Below are positions 25,301-34,103 of a DNA stretch of 42,997 nt, one piece after another. Numbering within the stretch: position 1 is the stretch's first letter; every line of letters starts with the position of its first letter. Under the pieces are notes generated by a model, which made no database searches, was not told the origin of the DNA, and saw nothing but the letters and a program-made list of their open reading frames with translations. Origin of the DNA: an uncultured Rhodothermales bacterium (lineage in GTDB: Bacteria > Bacteroidota > Rhodothermia > Rhodothermales > UBA10348); NCBI GenBank assembly GCA_964527795.1, contig CAZGOS010000003.1, positions 1 to 42,997 on the forward strand, in the 5' to 3' direction. Position numbers and translations under genes: made by a program.

Positions 25301-25509
25301 ATGGTGGCGTGGCATGGACAGCCGATGAGGCACCCAACCTGGTATTTACGACAGAACCCACGGTCGATCGCATTCCGGTGTTCAGCACGGGCGTATCCAC
25401 ACGATTCAACATGTTCGGATACACGGTCCTCGAAATCTTTTACGCAAAACCCTTCCAGCGACCGGATAAAGGCGCGCATTTTGGTTTCCAGATCATTCCC
25501 GGCTGGTAA
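22390..25509 (+). CDS. Three-module envelope protein: HExxH (MA-clan-like) peptidase domain + TolB-type PD40 beta-propeller repeats + Omp85/surface-antigen-type C-terminal barrel
   Basis: HELVHSFQYD lies in the N-terminal domain. There are five or more PD40 repeats (SPDGQYVAFLS, WSPDGQRFAF, WSPDGRTIAF, WSPDGRTLAFV, FSPDGRNLYF). The C-terminal ~400 aa carry Bac_surface_Ag-like motifs (ASMEFRIPLLG, FVDGGVAW, ...FGFQIIPGW). Confidence 0.7.
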   Translation: MKRKTERIDVWTKHALGAIILMFIAVALAVPDPALAQYFGRNKVQYDSFEFQSFETDHFEIYLYPEEERAVRDAARMAERWYERHTRSFLREFFERKPIIFYANDADFQQTNAIGGSISEGIGGVTESLKERVIMPLTGSYRETDHVLGHELVHSFQYDIGLSRTDSILFSMQYLPGWLIEGMAEYFSVGREDPHTAMWMRDAAIRDDLPTIRQITTDASYFPYRYGQAYLAYVGGKYGDAAVANLYKLGGRIGLDSAFVYTIGITADSLSTEWISAVKDAYLPLVEGRTPFNEAGHRVLASDIDAGDINISPVVSPDGQYVAFLSEIDLFNINLFIADASTGKVVKKLKGTFRDSHFDSIRFISSAGSWSPDGQRFAFITFVAGDNEISILDWNTGIIEERISVAGVSAISNPAWSPDGRTIAFSGLDGGISDIYLLDLPTKKVTQLTDDRYADLQPAWSPDGRTLAFVTDRGPGGTNFQTLDFAKERLAIMDTETLELNVLRPFDGRHSNPQFSPDGRNLYFISDHDGFKDIYRLALDSEDVFKITNLQTGVSGITSMSPAMSVAMQSGRMMFSVYSDGDYSVFSKEPDELEGSLVQQTQPASPSVAGILPPLRAVDAGLVGNYLNDPLTGLPDDQDFEMSDYNARLKLDYVAPPTIGVSAGGPYGGGLQGGVALFFSDMLGNHNLAIVAQANGTFKDVGAQVQYTNRARRLNYGGSVAHIPILFGGYLAPSIGPDPDGVISEIYGQLRQRIYIDLLQANASYPFTTTRRFEFSAGVTRYGFDYEVDRFFVNQFGVRRERTDLNEMEPDPVYYAQAGLALVSDYSFIGFTSPVRGGRSRLEVTPSIGSQNYVRLLADLRRYIYLKPFTLAIRGLHIGNYGVKDRDDALFTSEYLGYTYGSGFIRGYGFSTFNGLDCLGTSQECLAEQDRLIGTRIVTASMEFRIPLLGTSAFGLIEFPYLPTELTFFVDGGVAWTADEAPNLVFTTEPTVDRIPVFSTGVSTRFNMFGYTVLEIFYAKPFQRPDKGAHFGFQIIPGW

Positions 25510-25531
25510 CCTGAATCCGTAGAATTACAGA

Positions 25532-25566
25532 GGGCGCAGGACGAGGATCTTGCGCCCTTTTTTGTT
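25532..25566 (+). terminator. Rho-independent terminator
   Basis: GGGCGCA-n12-TGCGCCC stem followed by TTTTTTGTTT, 22 nt after the stop at 25509. Confidence 0.7.
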
Positions 25567-25724
25567 TCTGTTTACCAGCGTCACGCTCAACACAACAATT
25601 ACTGATCCACGAGAAGATCGGATTTCATTACCGTCACGGCGTGTCCCGAGAGATGTACGCTATCGCCTCTTCACGGAGTCCCTCGGCAGACCTATCTTCA
25701 CTTCGTACATCTCGATGGTTACGC

Positions 25725-26828
25725 ATGCATCCCTTCATCAAGCGCATTCTGTTCAGCCTGAGTCCGGAACAGGCCCATAATGTGGCGATCGGAGCTGCTC
25801 GGGTATCACAAACGGTTATCCCCAGGGTCATCGACTCGACTTATTCCTATGCACATCCCCGCCTTCATACGTCGCTTTTCGAAAAGCAGTTCACGAATCC
25901 GATCGGTCTCGCTGCAGGATTTGACAAGAATGCCCAGCTGATCACGTTCTGGAGAAAACTTGGTTTTGGGTTTGTCGAGGTCGGATCGATCAGCGCCAGG
26001 CGAAGCAGAGGAAATCGACGACCCAGAGCTTTTCGGCTTCCCGACGACGAAGCGCTCATCAACCGCATGGGATTGAACAATCATGGCGCCGCCAGAATTA
26101 TCCGAAGAGTGGCTCGGCATGCCGGCATGAAAGCCTTTCCGGTCGGCGTGAATCTTGCCAAAACCCACGACCCATCAATCACTGGAGAAGCCGCCATCGA
26201 AGACTTCTGCGAAAGCTTTCGTCTTCTTGCTCCGTATGCCGATTACATTGCTCTTAACATTTCCTGTCCAAATACGGCTGATGGAAAGACATTTGAAGAT
26301 CCGAATGCGCTCGATGACCTGCTGGCGGCTATTCAAGCCGAGCGCAGCGAGCTGTCTCGGAAGCTTCCGATTTTGGTCAAGTTATCGCCGCCGCTCACTT
26401 CGGATCCGTTCGTACTGGACAGTCTGATCGACGAACTGGTCATGGTCTCGCTCGCCCACGGCGTGAATGGATTCATTGCTTCGAACACGGCAAGCGACCG
26501 ACAGAATCTGAGGAGCCGTTCTGAGCTCGTTGAGGCGATTGGGCCGGGCGGGCTCAGCGGACCCCCGATCGAGGCCAGGTCAACAGAGCTGGTACGCTAT
26601 CTTTACAGAAAAACAGGTGGTAAGCTGCCTATCATCGGGGTTGGCGGCGTGGCATCGGCCGAATCCGCCTATAGAAAGATTCGCGCAGGAGCGTCGCTCG
26701 TGCAATTGTATACAGGCCTCGTATACAACGGTCCGGCTCTCATTCGGGATATCAAGCAGAATCTCGTTACGCTCCTTATCGAGGATGGGTTTTCTGCCAT
26801 ATCGAAAGCTGTTGGGTTGGACACCTGA
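25725..26828 (+). CDS. pyrD: Dihydroorotate dehydrogenase (quinone), class 2
   Basis: NPIGLAAGFDKNA, FGFVEVGSIS, LINRMGLNNHG, LNISCPNT, GGLSGPP, LPIIGVGGV and GASLVQLYTGLVYNGP are all present. The start at MHPFIKR (25725) is preferred over 25641. Confidence 0.9.
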   Translation: MHPFIKRILFSLSPEQAHNVAIGAARVSQTVIPRVIDSTYSYAHPRLHTSLFEKQFTNPIGLAAGFDKNAQLITFWRKLGFGFVEVGSISARRSRGNRRPRAFRLPDDEALINRMGLNNHGAARIIRRVARHAGMKAFPVGVNLAKTHDPSITGEAAIEDFCESFRLLAPYADYIALNISCPNTADGKTFEDPNALDDLLAAIQAERSELSRKLPILVKLSPPLTSDPFVLDSLIDELVMVSLAHGVNGFIASNTASDRQNLRSRSELVEAIGPGGLSGPPIEARSTELVRYLYRKTGGKLPIIGVGGVASAESAYRKIRAGASLVQLYTGLVYNGPALIRDIKQNLVTLLIEDGFSAISKAVGLDT

Positions 26829-26903
26829 TTCTGTCACTCAAATTGCCTTTCGTCACGCCACCCGTTACATTTTTCCGGTTCGTCCCCTATTCCCACCAGA
26901 GAT

Positions 26904-28793
26904 ATGCCTGCCGTTATAAATTTTAATACGGTTCCCGAGCTGTTTAATGGCCTGGCTGAAAGGCACGAGGGAACCGATCAGGTGATCGTGCGCTACCGAG
27001 ATCCATCCGAAAAGACGTGGATCGATATTACGTGGGACGAGTTTCGCGGGCGTGTTCAAGCCATGGCGGGGTATCTGTTCGGCCTGGGTATTCGTCCGGG
27101 CGACAGGGTAGCGATCCTGTCTGAAAACAGGCCGGAATGGGCTATTACCGACATTGCGACACAGCTCCTCGGAGGTATCAACGTCTCACTTTACACGTCG
27201 CTACCGTCTTCACAGGTCGCGTTTATCCTGCACGATTCCGAATCGAGGGTGTTCATAACTTCGACACGTATGCAATTCACGAAGGCCAAGGAGGTTTTCA
27301 ATCTCTGCCCGGACCTGAAGAATGTGGTCACGATGACGAAGCCGAAAGATGAACTGCCGGATTATGCTGTTCTGTTCGACGACGCCATGAAAGAAGGTCA
27401 GGCAGTATATGAAGAGCGAAAAGCGGAAATAAATGCCCTGACTAGAAATATCCGGCCCAACGATGTTTCAGCACTCATTTATACAAGCGGAACGACCGGG
27501 AATCCGAAGGGCGTCATGCTGACGCAGTGCAACTTCTGCGAGAACGTGAAAGCCGCTCTCGATCGTGTACCGTTCGGTGATCAGGATAAACATCTCTCCT
27601 TCCTTCCTCTCTGTCATTCATTCGAGCGCACGGCGGGATACACGGCCGTACTCGCCTACGGAGGCACCATCACCTATGCCCAGAGCTTTGACACGGTTGC
27701 CCGGGATCTTATGGAGGTTCGGCCCACGGTTTTGCTTTCCGTGCCGCGTTTATTCGAAAAGATATATAACAGCATTACGAAGTCGGTTGAAGAAGGCTCG
27801 GCGATTAAGAAATCCATCTTCAACTGGTCAGTCAAAGCGGGCATGCAGTACTTCCAGGCGCAGCGCAACGGAAAGAAACCTGGGCCTATCCTCAGGGCCA
27901 AGAAAAACATCGCTCATAGGCTGGTATTCTCGAAGCTTCACGAGAAACTTGGCGGTCGTGTTCGGTTCGCCGCTTCCGGAGGCGCAGCGCTTCCGAAAGC
28001 CATTGGTGAGTTTTTTATGGCTGCGGGTGTAACCATCATCGAAGCGTACGGATTGACCGAAACAGCACCCATTCTGACGATCAATCCGTACGATAGACCA
28101 CGATTCGGGACCGTTGGTCATGTCATCGGTGGTGTCACGATCGGCATAATGAATCTTGAAGACGGATCGATCATCTGTCAACTGTCAGGAGAAGAATATC
28201 CGTCCGATCTGACGTCGGAAGCAGGAGAGATTGTCGCGAGAGGACCCAATATCATGCTCGGCTACTGGAACAATGAGGAGGCGACACGCGAAGCCATCGA
28301 TGAGAACGGTTGGTACCACACGGGTGATGTCGGCCGCTTTGATGACGGCTACCTTATGATTACCGATAGAATCAAGCACATGATCGTCTCGAAGGGAGGA
28401 AAGAATATTTATCCCGGGCCGATTGAAGATAAATTCAAGAGTGAAACCTTTATTGATCAGATCATGGTTGTGGGCGAAGCCCGCGAATATCTGACGGCGC
28501 TCATCGTCGCAGATGAAGACGTCGTCAGAAGTTTCGCAAAAGAGAAAAAGCTCGAAGAATCCAAATATGTAGAGCTGCTTGCGAATGAAGAATTGAAGAA
28601 CGTCGTCAAAGGACTGCTAAAGACGTATTCCAAAAGCGCCGTAGCTCATGAGAAAATTCGAGATTTTCGGTTTATTATTGAGCCGTTCAGCGTGGAGAAC
28701 GGTATGATGACGCCGACAATGAAGCTGAAACGGAAGGTGATCGAGCAGAATTACGCCGACCTGATTGATGAGATGTATAAAGGAGTCGTTTAG
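26904..28793 (+). CDS. Long-chain acyl-CoA synthetase (AMP-forming adenylating enzyme)
   Basis: [15 protein letters not shown] (AMP-binding P-loop), [16 protein letters not shown] and [17 protein letters not shown] are present. Confidence 0.88.
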   Translation: MPAVINFNTVPELFNGLAERHEGTDQVIVRYRDPSEKTWIDITWDEFRGRVQAMAGYLFGLGIRPGDRVAILSENRPEWAITDIATQLLGGINVSLYTSLPSSQVAFILHDSESRVFITSTRMQFTKAKEVFNLCPDLKNVVTMTKPKDELPDYAVLFDDAMKEGQAVYEERKAEINALTRNIRPNDVSALIYTSGTTGNPKGVMLTQCNFCENVKAALDRVPFGDQDKHLSFLPLCHSFERTAGYTAVLAYGGTITYAQSFDTVARDLMEVRPTVLLSVPRLFEKIYNSITKSVEEGSAIKKSIFNWSVKAGMQYFQAQRNGKKPGPILRAKKNIAHRLVFSKLHEKLGGRVRFAASGGAALPKAIGEFFMAAGVTIIEAYGLTETAPILTINPYDRPRFGTVGHVIGGVTIGIMNLEDGSIICQLSGEEYPSDLTSEAGEIVARGPNIMLGYWNNEEATREAIDENGWYHTGDVGRFDDGYLMITDRIKHMIVSKGGKNIYPGPIEDKFKSETFIDQIMVVGEAREYLTALIVADEDVVRSFAKEKKLEESKYVELLANEELKNVVKGLLKTYSKSAVAHEKIRDFRFIIEPFSVENGMMTPTMKLKRKVIEQNYADLIDEMYKGVV

Positions 28794-28855
28794 GTTGGGT
28801 CTGGCGACCGTGTGTGATGGAACACTTGTAAAACCAGTGCATTTGAGCGCACCCA

Positions 28856-28929
<74 letters not shown>

Positions 28930-29012
28930 CTGGCACGACGGCCGGTACAGCGTTGTACTGGCCGAAGTTGTATTCGGGAGTTGTGACTGCGGGATTACAA
29001 GTGAATACGCAT

Positions 29013-29045
29013 AAATCCCGCCACCCCGACAGGCACCACGGCGGT
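29013..29045 (+). repeat. Imperfect direct repeat of the tRNA-Pro 3' end (att-like scar)
   Basis: AAATCCCGCCACCCCGAC (18/18) at 29013-29030 duplicates 28913-28930 exactly 100 bp downstream. Similarity continues as xGGCACxACGGCxGx, giving 29 of 33 positions overall. Confidence 0.6.
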
Positions 29046-29070
29046 CGAGGCAATTCAGCGACCGAAAGTA

Positions 29071-29817
29071 TTAATTGAGAGGGCCGGCCGACTGGCCTGC
29101 CAGCAATTTTTCCTCCAGCCTGGCAGCCTTGGGAAAGAGAATGTTGTTTTCAAGGTGAATGTGGTGGTGCAGGTCGCTTTCAAACTCCTCCAGCTTGGCG
29201 TACGCGACCCGATATGTGTTGCACGCGTGTTCGGGCGGTGTATAATCGTTGCTCAACTCCCGAATTCTACGCATGGCGGAGCCTGCACTATCGTGTTCGT
29301 GCTCCATCATCCGAATAGGATTTCTCACCGTTCCGAACATCGGAAGGCTCAGCGATTCTTCACTCCGCTCTGCATCTTCCATTTCTTTTACGAAAGGAAA
29401 GAGTATGCCTTCCTCTTTGATCATGTGTTGCTGCAACTCAATCGCAACCCGTTCGAAAATCTCTGCAATGGACGCGACTTCCGGATTTGCCACTCCATGA
29501 ACGCGCGCGACCTTTTGTGTGAATTCCTGCAACACGGGAATGCTTTTCGTTACATACGTGTGGTGATGATTCACGATGTAGTCCACGAGAAATCCGAGGT
29601 CCCATCTGTCTGGCTGAATAGAGTCTCCCTCTCGCCCTTTTTCAGCCACCTCAAGTTCAGCGAGGACCTCATCCAATAACAGTTCCCGTTCCTGACACGC
29701 AACCTCAAGGGTCGTACCACCACCACAGCAAAAATCGATTCCGTGTCCCTTAAAGACCGTGGCTCTTCTGAAGTCTTCTGCAACCAGACTGCCAATAGTT
29801 CGATGAGAAATGTTCAT
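29071..29817 (-). CDS. ric: Iron-sulfur cluster repair di-iron protein (RIC / YtfE / ScdA family)
   Basis: The N-terminal ScdA_N motif GIDFCCGG is present. Two hemerythrin-like HHE segments (NHHHTYV...; MEHEHDSAG; HHHIHLENNILFP) follow. The start at MNISHR (29817) is preferred over 29871. Confidence 0.85.
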   Translation of the reverse strand: MNISHRTIGSLVAEDFRRATVFKGHGIDFCCGGGTTLEVACQERELLLDEVLAELEVAEKGREGDSIQPDRWDLGFLVDYIVNHHHTYVTKSIPVLQEFTQKVARVHGVANPEVASIAEIFERVAIELQQHMIKEEGILFPFVKEMEDAERSEESLSLPMFGTVRNPIRMMEHEHDSAGSAMRRIRELSNDYTPPEHACNTYRVAYAKLEEFESDLHHHIHLENNILFPKAARLEEKLLAGQSAGPLN

Positions 29818-29870
29818 TTGTGTGTTTGCATTGTAGAAATAAAATCGGTCGTTTTTCAGCCCACGGGGCA

Positions 29871-29884
29871 TATTGTTAACAATA
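29871..29884. promoter_or_regulatory. Perfect 14-bp palindrome TATTGTTAACAATA upstream of ric
   Basis: Centred ~60 nt upstream of the preferred ric start. A TACAAT -10-like hexamer lies between it and the ATG on the coding strand. Candidate operator for an NO/nitrosative-stress regulator; the regulator is not in the window. Confidence 0.35.
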
Positions 29885-29970
29885 TACGGACTTATTGTAT
29901 ATTTAGGATAAGTTTGTCTTTAATAAATGCGGAGGCGTCCATGTCCATGCATTGAGCGTCGTACTGTCTG

Positions 29971-31620
29971 CTATACACTCGATATCAGAATGCGGACGAG
30001 CCGGATCCCACTTGTTCGAAGCGCGGTTTGTATACGCTCCAGGATTTCCTCTCTGGGGGCATCGATCGAGAATGTGTCGATATGACGGATACCACAGGCC
30101 CGAGCAATCTCTTCCATGTCGAGCGGAAGAGCCTCCTGTCCAAGAGCGTCGACCGGTAAGCCCGGATGAGGCTGTCTTCCAGATGCGAGTGCTGTTCCAT
30201 TGTCAGCGAGAATAATCAGGATATCGCGTTTATGATGGGACGCATTACAGATCGCCGGAATGCTGGAATGGAAGAATCCGGAATCACCCAGGACTGCTAT
30301 TGGAATTTTCTCGATTCCGGAACGCGTCATTCCATCTGCAACGGCGACTGCAGAACCGATGGCATACTTGGCTGCCAGTCGATCGGCGACCGTGACGAAG
30401 CAACCCGGATCTGCGACAAACAGCGGTTTCTGACCGACTCCAGAGCATGCTTCTGCGAGCACGTCGAGCAACTCGTCGCATCGACAATTTTCACAGTTGT
30501 TCTTTTTGATCGGTTGCTCCCGCGCCTCCTCTTCCTTTTTGTACAGAACATCGGGTTCGAATTCTGGCAGGTATCGTGACAGCACATTCTGAATTTCCCA
30601 TCGAAACAGTTCCCCCTCGCGACTCACCCAGTCGTCCAAAGAGCCGTGAATCCGAACGTCCAACGTTTTTCGGTGAGCAAGCGCTGCGATCTGTGTTTCT
30701 ATAAACGGCTCCATCTCCTCCAAAATCAACACTTCGTCCAGGTCGGCAAGAAATTCAGAAATAACCGCCGCCGGTAGTGGATTCAAGATCGACAACTTCA
30801 TAATACGGGCATATTCAGGAAGCGCCGATCCTCCAACATCCATCAATTTCGAATAGGTGAAACCGGCTGCAATAATTCCCTTTCTCCCGGTTCCCCACAT
30901 GCCGTTTAAGTCAGATGCTTCGGACCAGTCAATGAGTCTTTTCATCGTGGCGTGAAGCTCGGCGTGTTTGGCCACTACGTTTTTCGGCACGGGTACGAAT
31001 CGGAGAACTTCATGTCGGTATCCCAGTCCGGTTCCGGAGGACGTTGTCTGAGGAACCTCTACGTCCTGCACAACCTGCGAAAAACTCCTCGTTATCCGAA
31101 CGATGACTGTGGTATTCTGGGCTTCAGACAATCGAAATGCTTTCCGTATCATTTCGTATGCCTCTCTCGGCGTTGAGGGCTCCATCATCGGCATCTCCAG
31201 CATATACGAGAGTGGCCGCGTATCCTGATCGTTTTGCGAGCCGTAGCCGCCTGGATCGTCGCCCAGAACAATCACCAAGCCCCCGTGCACCGGTGTCAGA
31301 TTCAGGGCCATCATGGTATCAAGCATCACGTTCATCCCTACGCTCTTGACGCAAACCATCGCTCGGCGACCGGCAATAGAGGCTCCGATCGCGACCTCCA
31401 GCGCTACCCGCTCATTGCTTGACCACTCGATATCAAGTCCGTGATCTTGAGCAAGCGGCAACAGGGCTTCAAATGCTTTCGAACTCGGCGAACCGGGATA
31501 TCCCGACACGAGATTTACACCGGCGGCGAGCGCACCGCGGGCAATGGCTTCCTCTCCACTGAGCTGCATTACTGTGCTGCGTGTTTCGTCATTAAACCCG
31601 TCCAAGTTAAAGAAGAACAT
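29971..31620 (-). CDS. IorA-like thiamine-diphosphate enzyme (indolepyruvate/2-oxoacid:ferredoxin oxidoreductase alpha-type)
   Basis: The N-terminus LSGEEAIARGALAAGVNLVSGYPGSPSS and the TPP-binding LGDSGFFHSSIPAICNA...ILADNG match the IorA architecture. The central region has only CENCRC instead of two CxxCxxCxxxC ferredoxin motifs. No iorB-like gene is adjacent. The start may be 31569 (MQLSGEE). Confidence 0.6.
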   Translation of the reverse strand: MFFFNLDGFNDETRSTVMQLSGEEAIARGALAAGVNLVSGYPGSPSSKAFEALLPLAQDHGLDIEWSSNERVALEVAIGASIAGRRAMVCVKSVGMNVMLDTMMALNLTPVHGGLVIVLGDDPGGYGSQNDQDTRPLSYMLEMPMMEPSTPREAYEMIRKAFRLSEAQNTTVIVRITRSFSQVVQDVEVPQTTSSGTGLGYRHEVLRFVPVPKNVVAKHAELHATMKRLIDWSEASDLNGMWGTGRKGIIAAGFTYSKLMDVGGSALPEYARIMKLSILNPLPAAVISEFLADLDEVLILEEMEPFIETQIAALAHRKTLDVRIHGSLDDWVSREGELFRWEIQNVLSRYLPEFEPDVLYKKEEEAREQPIKKNNCENCRCDELLDVLAEACSGVGQKPLFVADPGCFVTVADRLAAKYAIGSAVAVADGMTRSGIEKIPIAVLGDSGFFHSSIPAICNASHHKRDILIILADNGTALASGRQPHPGLPVDALGQEALPLDMEEIARACGIRHIDTFSIDAPREEILERIQTALRTSGIRLVRILISSV

Positions 31621-31688
31621 GCAAGCGATAGTTGAAGTCGAGGGTTCGTATCGTTGCTGTGCAATGACCGATAAACCGGTGTGGCCCC

Positions 31689-33119
31689 ATGAAATACATG
31701 CTAGTCGTAGTCCTTCTCACGCTACCGCTCACGACCCAGGCCCAGCAATCGGAATCGTATGACTACTGGCACGTGAATCGTGCCATGATTCAGCACGGTG
31801 TTCAGGCAATCATGATGTGCAACGGCCTGTTTACATCCACCCGCACGCTCGACCAGGTGTTCGACCAGGAGCTGAAATACCTGCCATCGCCGATTGGCAC
31901 AGCAGAGGCCGGCGATTACGTCGTCGACAGAAACCTCCGAGCGGTTGCAGTAGGCACCCATGATAACCTTGCCACCATGCGAGCCGTCTACCGAGACGGT
32001 CTTGGTTGCATCATCATGGCGCCGGATCAGACGTTTGACGACATCGACGAACTCCCGATTCTTGACATGGCGACCCCGGAGGGAGATCCTGCCAACATTC
32101 CGTGGCCGGACGGCGACCTTCTTTCCGACACATCGTTTCCGCCCGAAGTCGATAGTACGGCGGTGGAAGATGCGGCCGACTGGGCCTTCAATCGCGATAC
32201 GCCCGAGCAGGTGACGGTCAGTATGATCGTCGTATACAAAGATCAGATTGTTCTGGAACGCTACGCCCCGGGCGTGGACTACCTGACCAAGACGCGTACC
32301 TGGTCGACGGCCAAGAGCCTCGCGGTTACGCTGATCGGGATGCTGGTGGACCAGGGGAGGCTTTCCCTCGACGAACCGTTGGGCTTCGATTGGCTACCCC
32401 GCGCCGCCTCTCCCGAGACGGATCCGCGTGGCGCCATAACTCTTCGTCACCTTCTCAACATGTCGAGCGGGCTGTACCCTGTTGACAACGGCGGCCTCGA
32501 ATATGCGACGGGTTCAGGTATGTCTTATTGGGCCGGTGCGAGCTCTGTTCAAGGTGCGTTGAGCAGAGCGCTAATTCGTGAACCAGACGCAATTTGGGAC
32601 TACGAAAACTACGACACGATTCTTGCCGTGTATGCCATGAAACAGGCCATAGGCGATGAGCAGGCTTATCTTGAGTTCCCTCGAAAAGCGCTCTTTGATA
32701 AAATCGGAATGCGAAACACTGAGCCCGGCGTCGACCGCTTTGGAGATTTTATCATGAGCAGCCAAATCTATACGACGGCGAGAGATCTAACTCGATTCGG
32801 GCTTCTGTACCTCAACGGCGGCGTCTGGAATGGTGAAAGACTCCTATCAGACGAGTGGATCGAGTTCGTTCGCACACCTGCGCCGGCAACGGTCAACCGG
32901 GGTAATTATTACGGAGGCCAGTGGTGGCTTGTGCCGGATGATCGTACGGACGTTCCAAAAGACGCCTACTCTAGTGCCGGCAATCGCGGTCAATATGTTG
33001 TTGTAGTCCCATCATACGATCTGGTAATTGTGCGTCGTGGATTGGACTACGGCCGGCAGGGATTCAATCGCTGGGATATGACGCGAGAAGTATTGAAGGC
33101 TTTGCCGTTGAAGGACTAG
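31689..33119 (+). CDS. Secreted serine hydrolase (beta-lactamase/transpeptidase-like fold, class C-related)
   Basis: Signal peptide MKYMLVVVLLTLPLTTQAQ. S-x-x-K nucleophile motif WSTAKSL. Family-typical LLNMSSGL and the general length and architecture also fit. Confidence 0.7.
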   Translation: MKYMLVVVLLTLPLTTQAQQSESYDYWHVNRAMIQHGVQAIMMCNGLFTSTRTLDQVFDQELKYLPSPIGTAEAGDYVVDRNLRAVAVGTHDNLATMRAVYRDGLGCIIMAPDQTFDDIDELPILDMATPEGDPANIPWPDGDLLSDTSFPPEVDSTAVEDAADWAFNRDTPEQVTVSMIVVYKDQIVLERYAPGVDYLTKTRTWSTAKSLAVTLIGMLVDQGRLSLDEPLGFDWLPRAASPETDPRGAITLRHLLNMSSGLYPVDNGGLEYATGSGMSYWAGASSVQGALSRALIREPDAIWDYENYDTILAVYAMKQAIGDEQAYLEFPRKALFDKIGMRNTEPGVDRFGDFIMSSQIYTTARDLTRFGLLYLNGGVWNGERLLSDEWIEFVRTPAPATVNRGNYYGGQWWLVPDDRTDVPKDAYSSAGNRGQYVVVVPSYDLVIVRRGLDYGRQGFNRWDMTREVLKALPLKD

Positions 33120-33125
33120 GATCCG

Positions 33126-34070
33126 ATGTTTGAGCCTGCGTATCTGAAGCTGCAGCCGGGCGAGCTCGAGCGACGCGCCCGCACCGCGGTTGCCTCACTC
33201 GCTTCTTGCCGAGCGTGTCCCCGCGACTGCGACGTCAATCGCCTGGAAGACAAGTATTCGGCCTGTAAGACCGGCAGGTATGCCGTCGTGAGCAGTTTTT
33301 TCGCACATCACGGCGAAGAAGATTGCCTTCGGGGATACAGAGGCTCCGGTACGATCTTCTTCTCGCATTGCAATCTGCGCTGCGTCTTTTGCCAGAATTA
33401 CGATATCAGCCAGGCTAGTAAGCCACACACCTTTCCCGGATGCCGGCCTAAACAGCTCGCAACAATGATGCTTGAGCTACAAGCGGCAGGTTGCCACAAC
33501 ATCAACTTCGTGACGCCCGAGCACGTCGTGCCTCAGATACTCGAAGCGCTGGTTCTTGCCGTCGGCGGAGGTCTGTGTTTGCCGATTGTCTATAACACGA
33601 GCGCCTACGATTCCCTGGAGAGCCTGAAGACTATGGACGGCATCGTGGATATCTACATGCCCGATTTCAAATACTGGTCCAGTAATCTTGCAGAGAAGTA
33701 CCTGAAAGCAGAAGATTATCCGCAAGTCGCTCGTGCTGCGATTCATGAAATGCACCGCCAGGTCGGGCCGCTTGACCTTGGTGAACGCGGAATCGCACAG
33801 CGCGGTGTTCTCATTCGTCATCTCGTCATGCCGGGAAGCCTTGAGGAAACGCGCAGCATTCTCGGGTGGATCGCGAACACCCTTGGACCTGAGTCCTACG
33901 TCAATCTCATGGATCAGTACCGCCCCGCGGGGAAAGTATCCCGTGAGCGATATCCCGAACTTAACCGACGGATTACGTCCACCGAATTCCTAGCTTCGAT
34001 CCGAAACGCCCAAGAACTCGGAATTGAACGTCTGGATAATCGACGAGTGACCACCATATTCCGTGGTTAG
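33126..34070 (+). CDS. Radical SAM protein, PflX-type (pyruvate formate-lyase-activase-like)
   Basis: CNLRCVFCQN is the CxxxCxxC SAM cluster motif. An N-terminal CxxCxxxC-like Cys set is present (CRACPRDC). It starts 6 nt after the hydrolase gene. Confidence 0.75.
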   Translation: MFEPAYLKLQPGELERRARTAVASLASCRACPRDCDVNRLEDKYSACKTGRYAVVSSFFAHHGEEDCLRGYRGSGTIFFSHCNLRCVFCQNYDISQASKPHTFPGCRPKQLATMMLELQAAGCHNINFVTPEHVVPQILEALVLAVGGGLCLPIVYNTSAYDSLESLKTMDGIVDIYMPDFKYWSSNLAEKYLKAEDYPQVARAAIHEMHRQVGPLDLGERGIAQRGVLIRHLVMPGSLEETRSILGWIANTLGPESYVNLMDQYRPAGKVSRERYPELNRRITSTEFLASIRNAQELGIERLDNRRVTTIFRG

Positions 34071-34103
34071 TGCTTCTGTATGTACTCAGTCGGTTTTGAT
34101 ACT

